DNA of 36,789 nucleotides from Gammaproteobacteria bacterium (GTDB lineage Bacteria; Pseudomonadota; Gammaproteobacteria; SG8-11): NCBI GenBank assembly GCA_031421535.1, contig JANOOV010000417.1, positions 1 to 36,789 of the forward strand, read 5' to 3'. Shown piece by piece: positions 8,254 to 15,953 of this stretch (position 1 is its first letter; each line of letters starts with the position of its first letter). The notes under the pieces were generated by a model. It saw only the letters and a program-made list of their open reading frames with translations, ran no database searches and was not told where the DNA came from. The position numbers and the translations under genes were made by a program.

Positions 8254-9539
8254 CTCTGTGTCCCGGTGAAGATAGTCTTTCCCGACAACGCATCAATGCG
8301 CGCCCAGGTTAAAAGAATGTCGAGATCGGTTTTTACCGCGATCCACTGCGCCTCGGTCAGGCGCGCCATCGCATCGCCTAACCGGGTTTGCACCTCCATT
8401 TCATACAGCGCGCGCCGCCGGTCCAGGCTCAGTTCACGCATTGCCAGACGTTGCTGCGCGGTGGCGCGCTCCACCTTGAGCATGGCCAGCCGTTGCACCA
8501 GTTCCAGCGCGACTTGATGGAGCTGGTGCTCGACTTTTAGCAGGCGCGCCTGGCGTGTGGCCAGTTCCGCTTGAGCGCGTGCGACCCCGGCGTGGTGGTC
8601 TTCTCCCTGAATCAGCGGCATGCGCAACGTCAGTCCGGCGCGCACCTCGCTGCGTGCGGCGAGGGCGCGCTGGTAGTTTCCGAATTCCAGTTCCGCCGTG
8701 AGCGTCGGGCCGTGTTGCGCACGCGCCGCGTCGAGTCCGGCCTGCGCGGATTCGACCTCTTTCCGTAACGCAAGAATTTCGGGGCTGGCGGTTGCGGCGC
8801 TCTCGTACACCGCCTTGAAGCCGGGAATTTCGCGCTCCACGGATGGCACGTTGGGAGTGACGAGCTCGTTGGGAATTTCGTCAGGTCGATTCAACGCAAG
8901 TGCCAGCCGCTGGCGCGAAGCGAGTTGATCGTGCTGGCTCGCAGTGCGCCGAATGAGCGCCTCTTGATACGGGTTTTCGGCTTCGAGCAGATCAAGATCG
9001 GACACTTGTCCCAACGCGTGCCGTTCGCGGAGCCGGTTGAAGTTAAGAAAGCGCTGCGTCATCTCTTCGAGATCGACGTCATAGCGTAGATCAGCCAGGA
9101 TCACGTCGTGATAGCGTCGTATGATTTCGATCCGGCGTTGCTGGTGGGCATTCAATAAGTGAAACTGGCGACTGGCGACACCGGCATCCGCAGACATCGT
9201 CAACGCACGGGTGTGACCAAAATCGTAGATCGGCTGATGCACGAGTAAACGTGCGCGGCTGTCATCGACATGGCCACCCCCGGTGCTCGGGTCGGCGGTC
9301 TCGGACGTGATGTCAAGAACCGCGCGGGTTGCGTAACGCCCGCCGGTTTCAAGCTGGCGCGCCTGCGCCAGAGCAAGTTCGGCGCGCGCGAAATCGAGGT
9401 CGGGATGCGGCTCGTCCGCCAGCGCTAGCGCGTGTTCCAACGTGAGCGGATTCGGCAACGGAGCGGCGCTCACGGTGGCCGTGAACGCCATCAATGTCAC
9501 GCCCATTACGAACGCGCGTTGCGCAAAGGCATTGCCCAC
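8250..9539 (-). CDS. TolC-family outer membrane efflux protein
   Basis: Two-repeat coiled-coil OMF-type sequence (LTLEHALALA..., repeated LxxAxxxL segments). I chose GTG 9539, which has an AGGGG RBS 7 nt upstream and gives a signal peptide VGNAFAQRAFVMGVTLMAFTATVSA. ATG 9506 is the alternative, and the upstream part of ORF 8250..9656 overlaps the preceding gene. Confidence 0.8.
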   Translation of the reverse strand: MGNAFAQRAFVMGVTLMAFTATVSAAPLPNPLTLEHALALADEPHPDLDFARAELALAQARQLETGGRYATRAVLDITSETADPSTGGGHVDDSRARLLVHQPIYDFGHTRALTMSADAGVASRQFHLLNAHQQRRIEIIRRYHDVILADLRYDVDLEEMTQRFLNFNRLRERHALGQVSDLDLLEAENPYQEALIRRTASQHDQLASRQRLALALNRPDEIPNELVTPNVPSVEREIPGFKAVYESAATASPEILALRKEVESAQAGLDAARAQHGPTLTAELEFGNYQRALAARSEVRAGLTLRMPLIQGEDHHAGVARAQAELATRQARLLKVEHQLHQVALELVQRLAMLKVERATAQQRLAMRELSLDRRRALYEMEVQTRLGDAMARLTEAQWIAVKTDLDILLTWARIDALSGKTIFTGTQR

Positions 9540-9540
9540 G

Positions 9541-10101
9541 TCATGGCCCCTTTTGATTTGCCGCCAGACGCCTGGCTTTATAGCGCGTGAAATTTTCGGT
9601 TTTGTAGCCGCCGCTGGCGATGAATTCGCCCAGCCACAGAAACTCGTCCACGCCACGCGTCGCGCCGGTGTAGCGCATCACCGACTGGCCCTCAAGATCG
9701 AAAAACATGAACACCGGCGTCGCCCGTACCCGATGCATGTTGAAGGCGAAGTCCTTTTCCGCCATTTCGGCGCCGTCGAAATTTTTCATCAACGTGTCGC
9801 CGCGCGTGTCGATATGCAGCAGCCGGAAACGACTCCGGTAGTATTCCTGCACTGTGACCTGACTCAACACGGTGGCTTTCATCTTCGCGCACCACGGGCA
9901 GTCCGGATCGTTGAACATGATCAGCAGACCGATCTTGCCTTCCTGGCGCGCGGTCCCGACTTCTTCCTCGAGATTGTTGAAGCTCGGATCGAAAAAGAAT
10001 TCGAGCGGATCACGCGTCTGTGCATCGGCGCATGCCACGTTCGCCATGACCACCAGACAGAACACGGCCAGTTGACGCTGGATATTTTTGGACGTATGCA
10101 T
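9541..10101 (-). CDS. secreted thioredoxin-fold protein (CPWC active site)
   Basis: ATG 10101 has a GAGG RBS. The protein has a signal peptide (MHTSKNIQRQLAVFCLVVMANVACADA), the motif FNDPDCPWCAKMK and RATPVFMFFD. Its stop lies 1 nt before the TolC GTG. Confidence 0.75.
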   Translation of the reverse strand: MHTSKNIQRQLAVFCLVVMANVACADAQTRDPLEFFFDPSFNNLEEEVGTARQEGKIGLLIMFNDPDCPWCAKMKATVLSQVTVQEYYRSRFRLLHIDTRGDTLMKNFDGAEMAEKDFAFNMHRVRATPVFMFFDLEGQSVMRYTGATRGVDEFLWLGEFIASGGYKTENFTRYKARRLAANQKGP

Positions 10102-10241
10102 GAAGGCACCTCGTGGATAGATTGCCGCTGCGACGCACAGGCGCACCGACCGGATAGGTTCGATATACTTCCGCCGGGGCGGAAAGTCATGACGGCAGGA
10201 CGATGTTTTTATGATGTTTATCCGACGGGCGATAAATCAAT

Positions 10242-11033
10242 ATGCTGCTGCATGAATCTCGGGCCGGTATGCACGTTGAAAGTTTCGGCATTGGTCCCGC
10301 GCTGGTGATGCTGCACGGCTGGGGCATGCACAGCGGCGTGTGGGGCGGGTTTGCGCAGCGCTTGGCGCAACATTACCGCGTCACGTTGATCGACTTGCCG
10401 GGACATGGGCGCAGCACGACATTTCCCACGCCGTACACACTCGCCACAGTCGCGCACGCTGTGCTTGCGCATGCACCGCCAAGCGCGTATTGGCTGGGCT
10501 GGTCTTTGGGCGGGTTGATCGCGCAACACGTTGCGTATCACGCACCACAGCGTGTCGCCAAGCTCGTGCTGCTCTCCTGCTCACCGCAATTTTTGCGCAG
10601 CACCGATTGGCCGCACGCGATGGACGCCGCAGTGCTGGCGCAATTTTCCGCCGAACTCCAGCGCGACTACCGCGCCACCGTGCTGCGTTTTCTGGCGTTG
10701 GAAGTACAAGGCAGCGCTGTCGCACGCGAGGAACTGCGGGCGTTGCGCGAGTGCGTATTCGCGCACGGCGAGCCGCAGGGCGCAGCACTCGTCGGCGGCT
10801 TGAACATTCTGCGCGACAGCAATCTGCGGGCGCAATTTGCGGCGCTGCAGAAACCGGTATTGGTGGTATTGGGTGCGCACGACCGCTTGGTGCCCGCCGA
10901 GATCGTGCAAGATATCGCACGTTTATTACCGCCTACCGTGCATCACGTCATCGACGGTGCAGGCCACGCTCCGTTTTTGTCACAACCTGACGTGTGCGCA
11001 CAGCGCGTGACGGAATTTTTGTTACATGAGTAA
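10242..11033 (+). CDS. bioH: pimeloyl-ACP methyl ester carboxylesterase
   Basis: LVMLHGWGMHSGVW, LIDLPGHGRS and the GWSLGG nucleophile elbow are present, directly upstream of bioC-bioD. The start may be ATG 10269. Confidence 0.85.
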   Translation: MLLHESRAGMHVESFGIGPALVMLHGWGMHSGVWGGFAQRLAQHYRVTLIDLPGHGRSTTFPTPYTLATVAHAVLAHAPPSAYWLGWSLGGLIAQHVAYHAPQRVAKLVLLSCSPQFLRSTDWPHAMDAAVLAQFSAELQRDYRATVLRFLALEVQGSAVAREELRALRECVFAHGEPQGAALVGGLNILRDSNLRAQFAALQKPVLVVLGAHDRLVPAEIVQDIARLLPPTVHHVIDGAGHAPFLSQPDVCAQRVTEFLLHE

Positions 11034-11904
11034 CGCGGATTTCATGCTCGACAAACAACGTGTGCGTGCAGCATTCCAGCGTGCGGCGGAAAACTACGAT
11101 CAGGTCGCCGTGCTGCAACGCGAAGTCGGGCAACGCATGCTGGAACGATTGGAGCTGATCCGCATCAGTCCAAGTGTGTTGGTGGATGTCGGCGCAGGCA
11201 CCGGCGCACTCACCGCGCAACTCGTCAAACGCTATAAAAAAGCACACGTGGTCGCGCTCGACCTGGCGCCCGCGATGGTGCAGCAAGCACGCAAACACAA
11301 AGGCTGGTTCAGCAAACAGAGTTTCGTGTGCGGCGATGTGGAATGTTTACCGTTGGCGACCCACAGCAGCGACATGATTTTTTCCAACCTCACGTTGCAA
11401 TGGTGTAACACGCTCGACGCCGCCTTCGCAGAATTTCAGCGCGTGCTCAAGCCGGGTGGGTTGTTGTTGTTTTCGACCTTCGGCCCTGACACGCTCAAGG
11501 AATTGCGCGGCAGTTGGCGCGCCGCCGACGCGCACACCCACGTGAATACATTCATCGACATGCACGACATCGGCGATGCACTGGTGCGCGCAGGTTTTGC
11601 CGATCCGGTCATGGACGTGGAACGCCTCACGCTCACCTACCCTGACGTGTTCAAGCTCATGACCGACCTGAAAACACTCGGCGCCCACAATGTCACAGCG
11701 GGCCGGGCGCATGGCCTCACCGGCAAAGGCCGGGTGAAAAAAATGCAGGAAGCCTACGAATTATTGCGCCGCGATGGGCGGTTGCCTGCGAGCTACGAAG
11801 TGGTTTACGGCCACGCCTGGGGGCGCGTCGCATCGCCAGGGGTCAGCGCACACGACGGCGTGGCCACGTTTCCCGTTAATCGAATTCGGCGCCGAACCGC
11901 ATGA
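11026..11904 (+). CDS. bioC: malonyl-ACP O-methyltransferase
   Basis: SAM-binding motif VLVDVGAGTGALT and a BioC-type N-terminus KQRVRAAFQRAAENYD. It overlaps bioH by 8 nt and bioD by ATGA. Confidence 0.88.
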   Translation: MSNADFMLDKQRVRAAFQRAAENYDQVAVLQREVGQRMLERLELIRISPSVLVDVGAGTGALTAQLVKRYKKAHVVALDLAPAMVQQARKHKGWFSKQSFVCGDVECLPLATHSSDMIFSNLTLQWCNTLDAAFAEFQRVLKPGGLLLFSTFGPDTLKELRGSWRAADAHTHVNTFIDMHDIGDALVRAGFADPVMDVERLTLTYPDVFKLMTDLKTLGAHNVTAGRAHGLTGKGRVKKMQEAYELLRRDGRLPASYEVVYGHAWGRVASPGVSAHDGVATFPVNRIRRRTA

Positions 11905-12587
11905 AACACGGCTTCTTCATCACCGGTACCGACACGGGTGTGGGCAAAACGCGCATCTCCACCGCATTGCTTACGGCTTTTAACGCGCGCGGATTTTCCA
12001 CGGCGGCGATGAAACCCGTCGCCACCGGTTGTGCCAACACCGCGCAGGGTTTACGCAACGACGACGCGCTGGCGTTGCAACAGCACGCCTCACTTCCGCT
12101 CACTTATGTGCAGATCAACCCTTATGCGTTTGAGCCAGCGATTGCGCCGCACATCGCAGCGGCACAGGTAGGGCAAACCATCGACCTGATGCGCATCAAG
12201 CACGAGCTTGATATTTTGTCGGCGCAAGCCGACGTCGTAATTGTGGAAGGTGTGGGTGGGTGGTTGGTGCCGCTCAATCGTGACGCGACCATCGCCGATC
12301 TTGCACACACGTTAGAACTTCCGGTGATCCTGGTGGTGGGCGTGCGCCTGGGCTGCCTGAATCATGCGTTGCTCAGTGCGCAGAATCTTGAACAATACGC
12401 TGTGCCGTTCGCAGGCTGGGTGGCCAACGTCATCGAACCATCCATGCCGTGCGTGGAAGAAAATATTGCAGCGTTGCGCGAACGCATCGCCGCACCCTGG
12501 CTTGGAACGGTATCGTGGGGTCCAGGCGCGACATCTATGGAGGTCGGGCATCAACTGGTTTTCACTGCGTTTGCCGCAGCGCGTTGA
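11901..12587 (+). CDS. bioD: dethiobiotin synthase
   Basis: FFITGTDTGVGKT P-loop and EGVGGW motif. Confidence 0.92.
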   Translation: MKHGFFITGTDTGVGKTRISTALLTAFNARGFSTAAMKPVATGCANTAQGLRNDDALALQQHASLPLTYVQINPYAFEPAIAPHIAAAQVGQTIDLMRIKHELDILSAQADVVIVEGVGGWLVPLNRDATIADLAHTLELPVILVVGVRLGCLNHALLSAQNLEQYAVPFAGWVANVIEPSMPCVEENIAALRERIAAPWLGTVSWGPGATSMEVGHQLVFTAFAAAR

Positions 12588-12743
12588 TTTCACGCCAGAG
12601 TGCTTCGTTTTGTTGTTTTAGCCCGACGCGGGGTGGCACAAAACACTCACCTCACTGACGTCAAGAGCTGATGCGTTGCGGGGTTCTAAACGCATGCAGA
12701 GGGTGTGTCGATGTTGTTTAAGATCGGCGGTATGGCACCCGTG

Positions 12744-13445
12744 CTATACCGTTAAATAGCGACGGATCAAGTCGTCGCTCAGTTGCGCCATGGTATTCCC
12801 CGCGACCACCCGGCCGCGATCCAGAATGCAAAACTCACCGCCCACGCGGCGTGCGAACGGCAGCTTTTGCTCCACCAGCAGCACCGTGAGTTTTTCCTCG
12901 CGATTCAGTCGCAGCAAGATGTCGCCGATCTCGCGCACGATGTTGGGCTGGATGCCTTCGGTGGGTTCGTCGAGAATCAGGATTTTCGGGTCCAGTGCCA
13001 GGGCACGACCAATGGCGAGTTGCTGTTGCTGGCCGCCGGACAAATCGCCGCCGCGCCGCTTAAGCATCTTTTTCAACACCGGGAACAATTCAAAAATTCG
13101 TTCGGGGAGGTCGCGTTTGCCGTCGCGTCGCGCGGGCAGTCCGATGCGCAGGTTTTCTTCCACGCTCAGCAGTGGGAAAATCTCACGGCCTTGCGGCACG
13201 AAACCAATGCCCAGCCGCGCGCGGGTTTCGGCATTGGCGTGCGAAATGTCTTGTCCTGCGAACTGGATGCTTCCGGAGCGAGTCGGCAGCAAACCCATAA
13301 TGGCTTTGAGCAGGGTGGTTTTGCCGACGCCATTGCGCCCCATCAAACACAGGCACGCGCCTTCGGCAAGTGTGAGATCGACGTCCCACAGCGTGTGGCT
13401 TTCGCCGTAAAACTGGTTGAGTTGGTGGATGCTTAGCAGGTTCAT
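12744..13445 (-). CDS. urtE: urea ABC transporter ATP-binding protein UrtE
   Basis: MLSIHQLNQFYGESHTLWDVDL, GRNGVGKTT Walker A, LSGGQQQQLAIGRAL signature and LILDEPTEGIQP. Its ATG overlaps the GNAT stop (ATGA). Confidence 0.85.
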   Translation of the reverse strand: MNLLSIHQLNQFYGESHTLWDVDLTLAEGACLCLMGRNGVGKTTLLKAIMGLLPTRSGSIQFAGQDISHANAETRARLGIGFVPQGREIFPLLSVEENLRIGLPARRDGKRDLPERIFELFPVLKKMLKRRGGDLSGGQQQQLAIGRALALDPKILILDEPTEGIQPNIVREIGDILLRLNREEKLTVLLVEQKLPFARRVGGEFCILDRGRVVAGNTMAQLSDDLIRRYLTV

Positions 13446-13888
13446 GGCTTGGGGCGCGCCTGGCCAGGTGCTGTATCTACCATGAAGTGAAAGCCAGTCA
13501 TCGTCATACCCTCACGTGCATAGAAACGGTGCGCCTCTTTTCTTTGAATTCCGGAATCCAGATGCAATTGCAAGCAGCCTGCTTTTGCCGCGTATTCGGT
13601 GAGCCACGCAAGCAGCTTGGCGCCATGCCGCTGTGAACGGCAAGCGGGGAGGGTGACAAGATCGTCAACGTACAGAAAATGCCCCCACGCCAGATTTTCA
13701 ATGAGCCGAAATCCCGCGACGGCAACGACAGCTTCCGGCTCCTGCACCAAGGCCAGCCGATAGCCTGCGTTTTCCTGGCGTCGGACTCGGGCAAGAAATT
13801 CACTCTCTGCAATGTGCGGGCGCAGTTCGCGCATGACCGGGTAACACGCAGCAATTTCGATATCTGTTGTGGCGATGTGAATGTTCAT
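13442..13888 (-). CDS. GNAT-family N-acetyltransferase (148 aa)
   Basis: YPVMRELRPHI...GYRL...LYVDDLVTLPACRSQRHGAKLL...AHRFYAREGM is a typical acetyl-CoA-binding GNAT core. It has ATGA overlaps on both sides. Confidence 0.85.
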   Translation of the reverse strand: MNIHIATTDIEIAACYPVMRELRPHIAESEFLARVRRQENAGYRLALVQEPEAVVAVAGFRLIENLAWGHFLYVDDLVTLPACRSQRHGAKLLAWLTEYAAKAGCLQLHLDSGIQRKEAHRFYAREGMTMTGFHFMVDTAPGQARPKP

Positions 13889-14343
13889 GGTTGTCCTGTC
13901 ATGTTGCCGGGCAACGCGGCGTGTTGGTCGGCGCTATGCATCGCCACGCGCATGAATGGCGCGCGCCTTGCCGCAGAGGCTCGGTGCGACGCTGGATTGG
14001 CGCGGATTTCGTCAAGAGCAATTACGCAGTTAGTATCGAGTGTCAAAGACAGCATACATTTGTGCGACCTAACGTTCGCGTTAGGCGGCGCGATGTTTTT
14101 GCCGCGTCCGCTTGAACGCGTTGGGCGTGTTGTTGTTTTAGCTAGTTTGATAAGCGATAGCAGGGCGCTATTTACTGCTTCACCGTTTGGAAAAACGGCT
14201 GAAACTTCTGGGTTAAGAACGATAATATTCGACGATTCCTTGAGCCGCTTGGCATACTTGCCACGGACCATCGGCGTGGGGAAATCAGATAGTTTGTATT
14301 CTGATCGAAGTTCATCTTTCTGTGCGTGTTTACCCTTCTTCAT
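13885..14343 (-). CDS. brnA: BrnA-like antitoxin (N-terminal ~75 aa) with an unusual ~75-aa C-terminal extension that contains a VapC/PIN-like N-terminal remnant
   Basis: The N-terminus DELRSEYKLSDF..VRGKYAKRL...IVLNPEVSAVFPNGEAVNSALLSLIKLA matches the antitoxins found downstream of BrnT genes. The extension contains MLSLTLDTNCVIALDEIRANPAS. The gene overlaps brnT by 14 nt. Confidence 0.6.
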   Translation of the reverse strand: MKKGKHAQKDELRSEYKLSDFPTPMVRGKYAKRLKESSNIIVLNPEVSAVFPNGEAVNSALLSLIKLAKTTTRPTRSSGRGKNIAPPNANVRSHKCMLSLTLDTNCVIALDEIRANPASHRASAARRAPFMRVAMHSADQHAALPGNMTGQP

Positions 14344-14602
14344 AGATTTTTCGCTCTCCTCTGCTCGCGACGCGAGCGCTGATAATTCTTACAGTCTCGC
14401 CAGCATCGGTGTGTGAAACAACCAGAATGCGCCCCACATCAGACACTGCGAACGTAATACATCTAAGTTCACTGGTTGAGTGGTCCGGGTCAGGACCCGT
14501 TGCGGCCATGGGATCGTTTAAAGCGGTAGCGGCTTCTTCAAAAGAAACTTTGTGTTTCCGAAGGTTCGCCCGCGCCTTCTTAGGGTCCCAATCTATTCGC
14601 AT
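14330..14602 (-). CDS. brnT: BrnT-family (DUF497) ribonuclease toxin
   Basis: MRIDWDPKKARANLRKHKVSFEEAATALNDP...HSTSELR...GRILVVSHTDAGETVRIISARVASRGERKIY matches the BrnT signature. Confidence 0.85.
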   Translation of the reverse strand: MRIDWDPKKARANLRKHKVSFEEAATALNDPMAATGPDPDHSTSELRCITFAVSDVGRILVVSHTDAGETVRIISARVASRGERKIYEEG

Positions 14603-14625
14603 TGTTGAATTCTACAGTGAAATTA

Positions 14626-14653
14626 CGTTTTAAACGCTCAACGTGGTGTTGAG
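14626..14653 (-). promoter_or_regulatory. two palindromes just upstream of brnT, a candidate TA operator
   Basis: CGTTT-T-AAACG (14626-14636) and CTCAAC-gtggt-GTTGAG (14637-14653) lie 24-51 nt upstream of the brnT ATG, in the only sizeable gap (123 bp) of this gene string. Confidence 0.3.
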
Positions 14654-14725
14654 TGGGGCAGGCTACAGGCATGACAGAAAGCAGAGCGCCTCACCGCGTC
14701 TGTCTCGAACGTAAAACGTAGATGA

Positions 14726-15115
14726 TCAGTTTCCGATATACGCATCGGCCTCAATCTCGACCAGGATTTCAGGGGCAATCAGGCGGCGCACTTCCACCAT
14801 GCTGGACGCCGGACGGATGTCGCGAAAAAATTCGCCATGCGCCTGACCAATTTTTTCCCAGTCGACGATATTCACCACATAGACTCTCGTTCGTACCACA
14901 TGAGCAAGCGTGGCGCCTGCCATCGCCAGTGCCGCTTCAATATTTCGCAGGCATTGAACGGTTTGTGCATAGGGGTCATTTAAGCCCACGATGCCGCCTT
15001 GACCATCGGTTGCCGTAGTGCCTGAAACGTGGATGTACGCACCCACCTTCACCGCGCGGGAGTATCCGACGATGGGTTCCCACAGCGTGCCGGATGAAAA
15101 ATTTTCTCTTGGCAT
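14726..15115 (-). CDS. RidA/YjgF/UK114-family enamine/imine deaminase-like protein
   Basis: [18 protein letters not shown]...[10 protein letters not shown]...[34 protein letters not shown] lies within the 13-nt gap after urtD. Confidence 0.85.
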   Translation of the reverse strand: MPRENFSSGTLWEPIVGYSRAVKVGAYIHVSGTTATDGQGGIVGLNDPYAQTVQCLRNIEAALAMAGATLAHVVRTRVYVVNIVDWEKIGQAHGEFFRDIRPASSMVEVRRLIAPEILVEIEADAYIGN

Positions 15116-15128
15116 GTTTCAAAACTCC

Positions 15129-15953
15129 TCACTCGCCCAAATACACTTCGATCACGCGCCGGTCATTTTGTACTTCATCCATGCTGCCTTCGGCCAATAC
15201 CGAACCCTCGTGCAGCACCGTCACCTGGCGGGCGATGGAGCGGACGAAATCCATGTCGTGCTCGACCACGATGACTGAATGTTTTCCGGCCAGTGATGTC
15301 AACAACTGCGCCGTGTGATCCATTTCTTGATGTGTCATGCCCGCAACCGGTTCGTCGACCAGCAGTACGCGCGGGTTTTGCATCAGTAACATGCCGATTT
15401 CCAGCCACTGTTTCTGGCCGTGCGACAGCAATGCGGCGCGTTGCTTGCGTTGTGCGGTGAGGTTAATGGTGTGCAACACGGCAGCGATGGCGTCGCGTTG
15501 TTCGCCGCTGAGTTTGGTGAACAGCGAGTGCCACACGCGCTTGTCGGTGTGCATCGCCAGTTCCAGGTTTTCAAACACGCTGTGGTCGGGAAACACGGTG
15601 GGCTTTTGAAATTTACGGCCGATCCCGGCGCGCGCAATCTGGTGCTCGCTCATTTCGGTCAGGTCGAGTGTCTGGCCGAAAAACACGCTGCCGGTGTCGG
15701 GGCGCGTTTTGCCGGTGATCACGTCCATCAACGTGGTTTTGCCTGCGCCGTTGGGGCCGATGATGCAACGCAACTCGCCGTCGTCGATGTACAACGAAAG
15801 ATCGTTGAGCGCCTTGAAGCCGTCGAAACTTACCGTAACGTCTTCCAGATACAGAATGGTGCGGTGCGATACATCCACAGTGCCGGGGATGAGCGGATGT
15901 CGGCCGACCTCGCCGATGTGTTCGCTGTCGGTCGGGGTGCCCGATGTATTCAT
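15129..15953 (-). CDS. urtD: urea ABC transporter ATP-binding protein UrtD
   Basis: ILYLEDVTVSFDGFKALNDLSL, GPNGAGKTT, IGRKFQKPTVF, LSHGQKQWLEIGMLL and LLVDEPVAGM. Confidence 0.85.
   Translation of the reverse strand: MNTSGTPTDSEHIGEVGRHPLIPGTVDVSHRTILYLEDVTVSFDGFKALNDLSLYIDDGELRCIIGPNGAGKTTLMDVITGKTRPDTGSVFFGQTLDLTEMSEHQIARAGIGRKFQKPTVFPDHSVFENLELAMHTDKRVWHSLFTKLSGEQRDAIAAVLHTINLTAQRKQRAALLSHGQKQWLEIGMLLMQNPRVLLVDEPVAGMTHQEMDHTAQLLTSLAGKHSVIVVEHDMDFVRSIARQVTVLHEGSVLAEGSMDEVQNDRRVIEVYLGE

Noticed and set aside
10340-10990. Long alternative-frame and antisense ORFs over bioH, urtE, urtD, urtC, prkA and the cyclase (e.g. 10340..10990, 10381..10920, 12783..13436, 15420..16103, 16304..16897, 32977..33603, 17689..18183)
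   Set aside because: All overlap genes with clear family signatures. They show the Arg/Ala/His-rich low-complexity translations expected from off-frame reading of GC-rich coding DNA.
12671-12700. Imperfect hairpin (ATGCGTT-N11-AACGCAT) between the convergent bioD and urtE genes as a bidirectional terminator
   Set aside because: The stem is short and bulged and lacks flanking T/A runs, so the support is too weak to annotate.
13442-13888. GNAT as a TacT/AtaT-type toxin paired with the upstream antitoxin-like ORF
   Set aside because: The upstream ORF resembles BrnA, which is already paired with BrnT, not the DUF1778/RHH antitoxins of GNAT toxins. The GNAT sequence looks like the widespread housekeeping YPVMxxLRPH...GYRL type. 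This cannot be excluded without profile searches.
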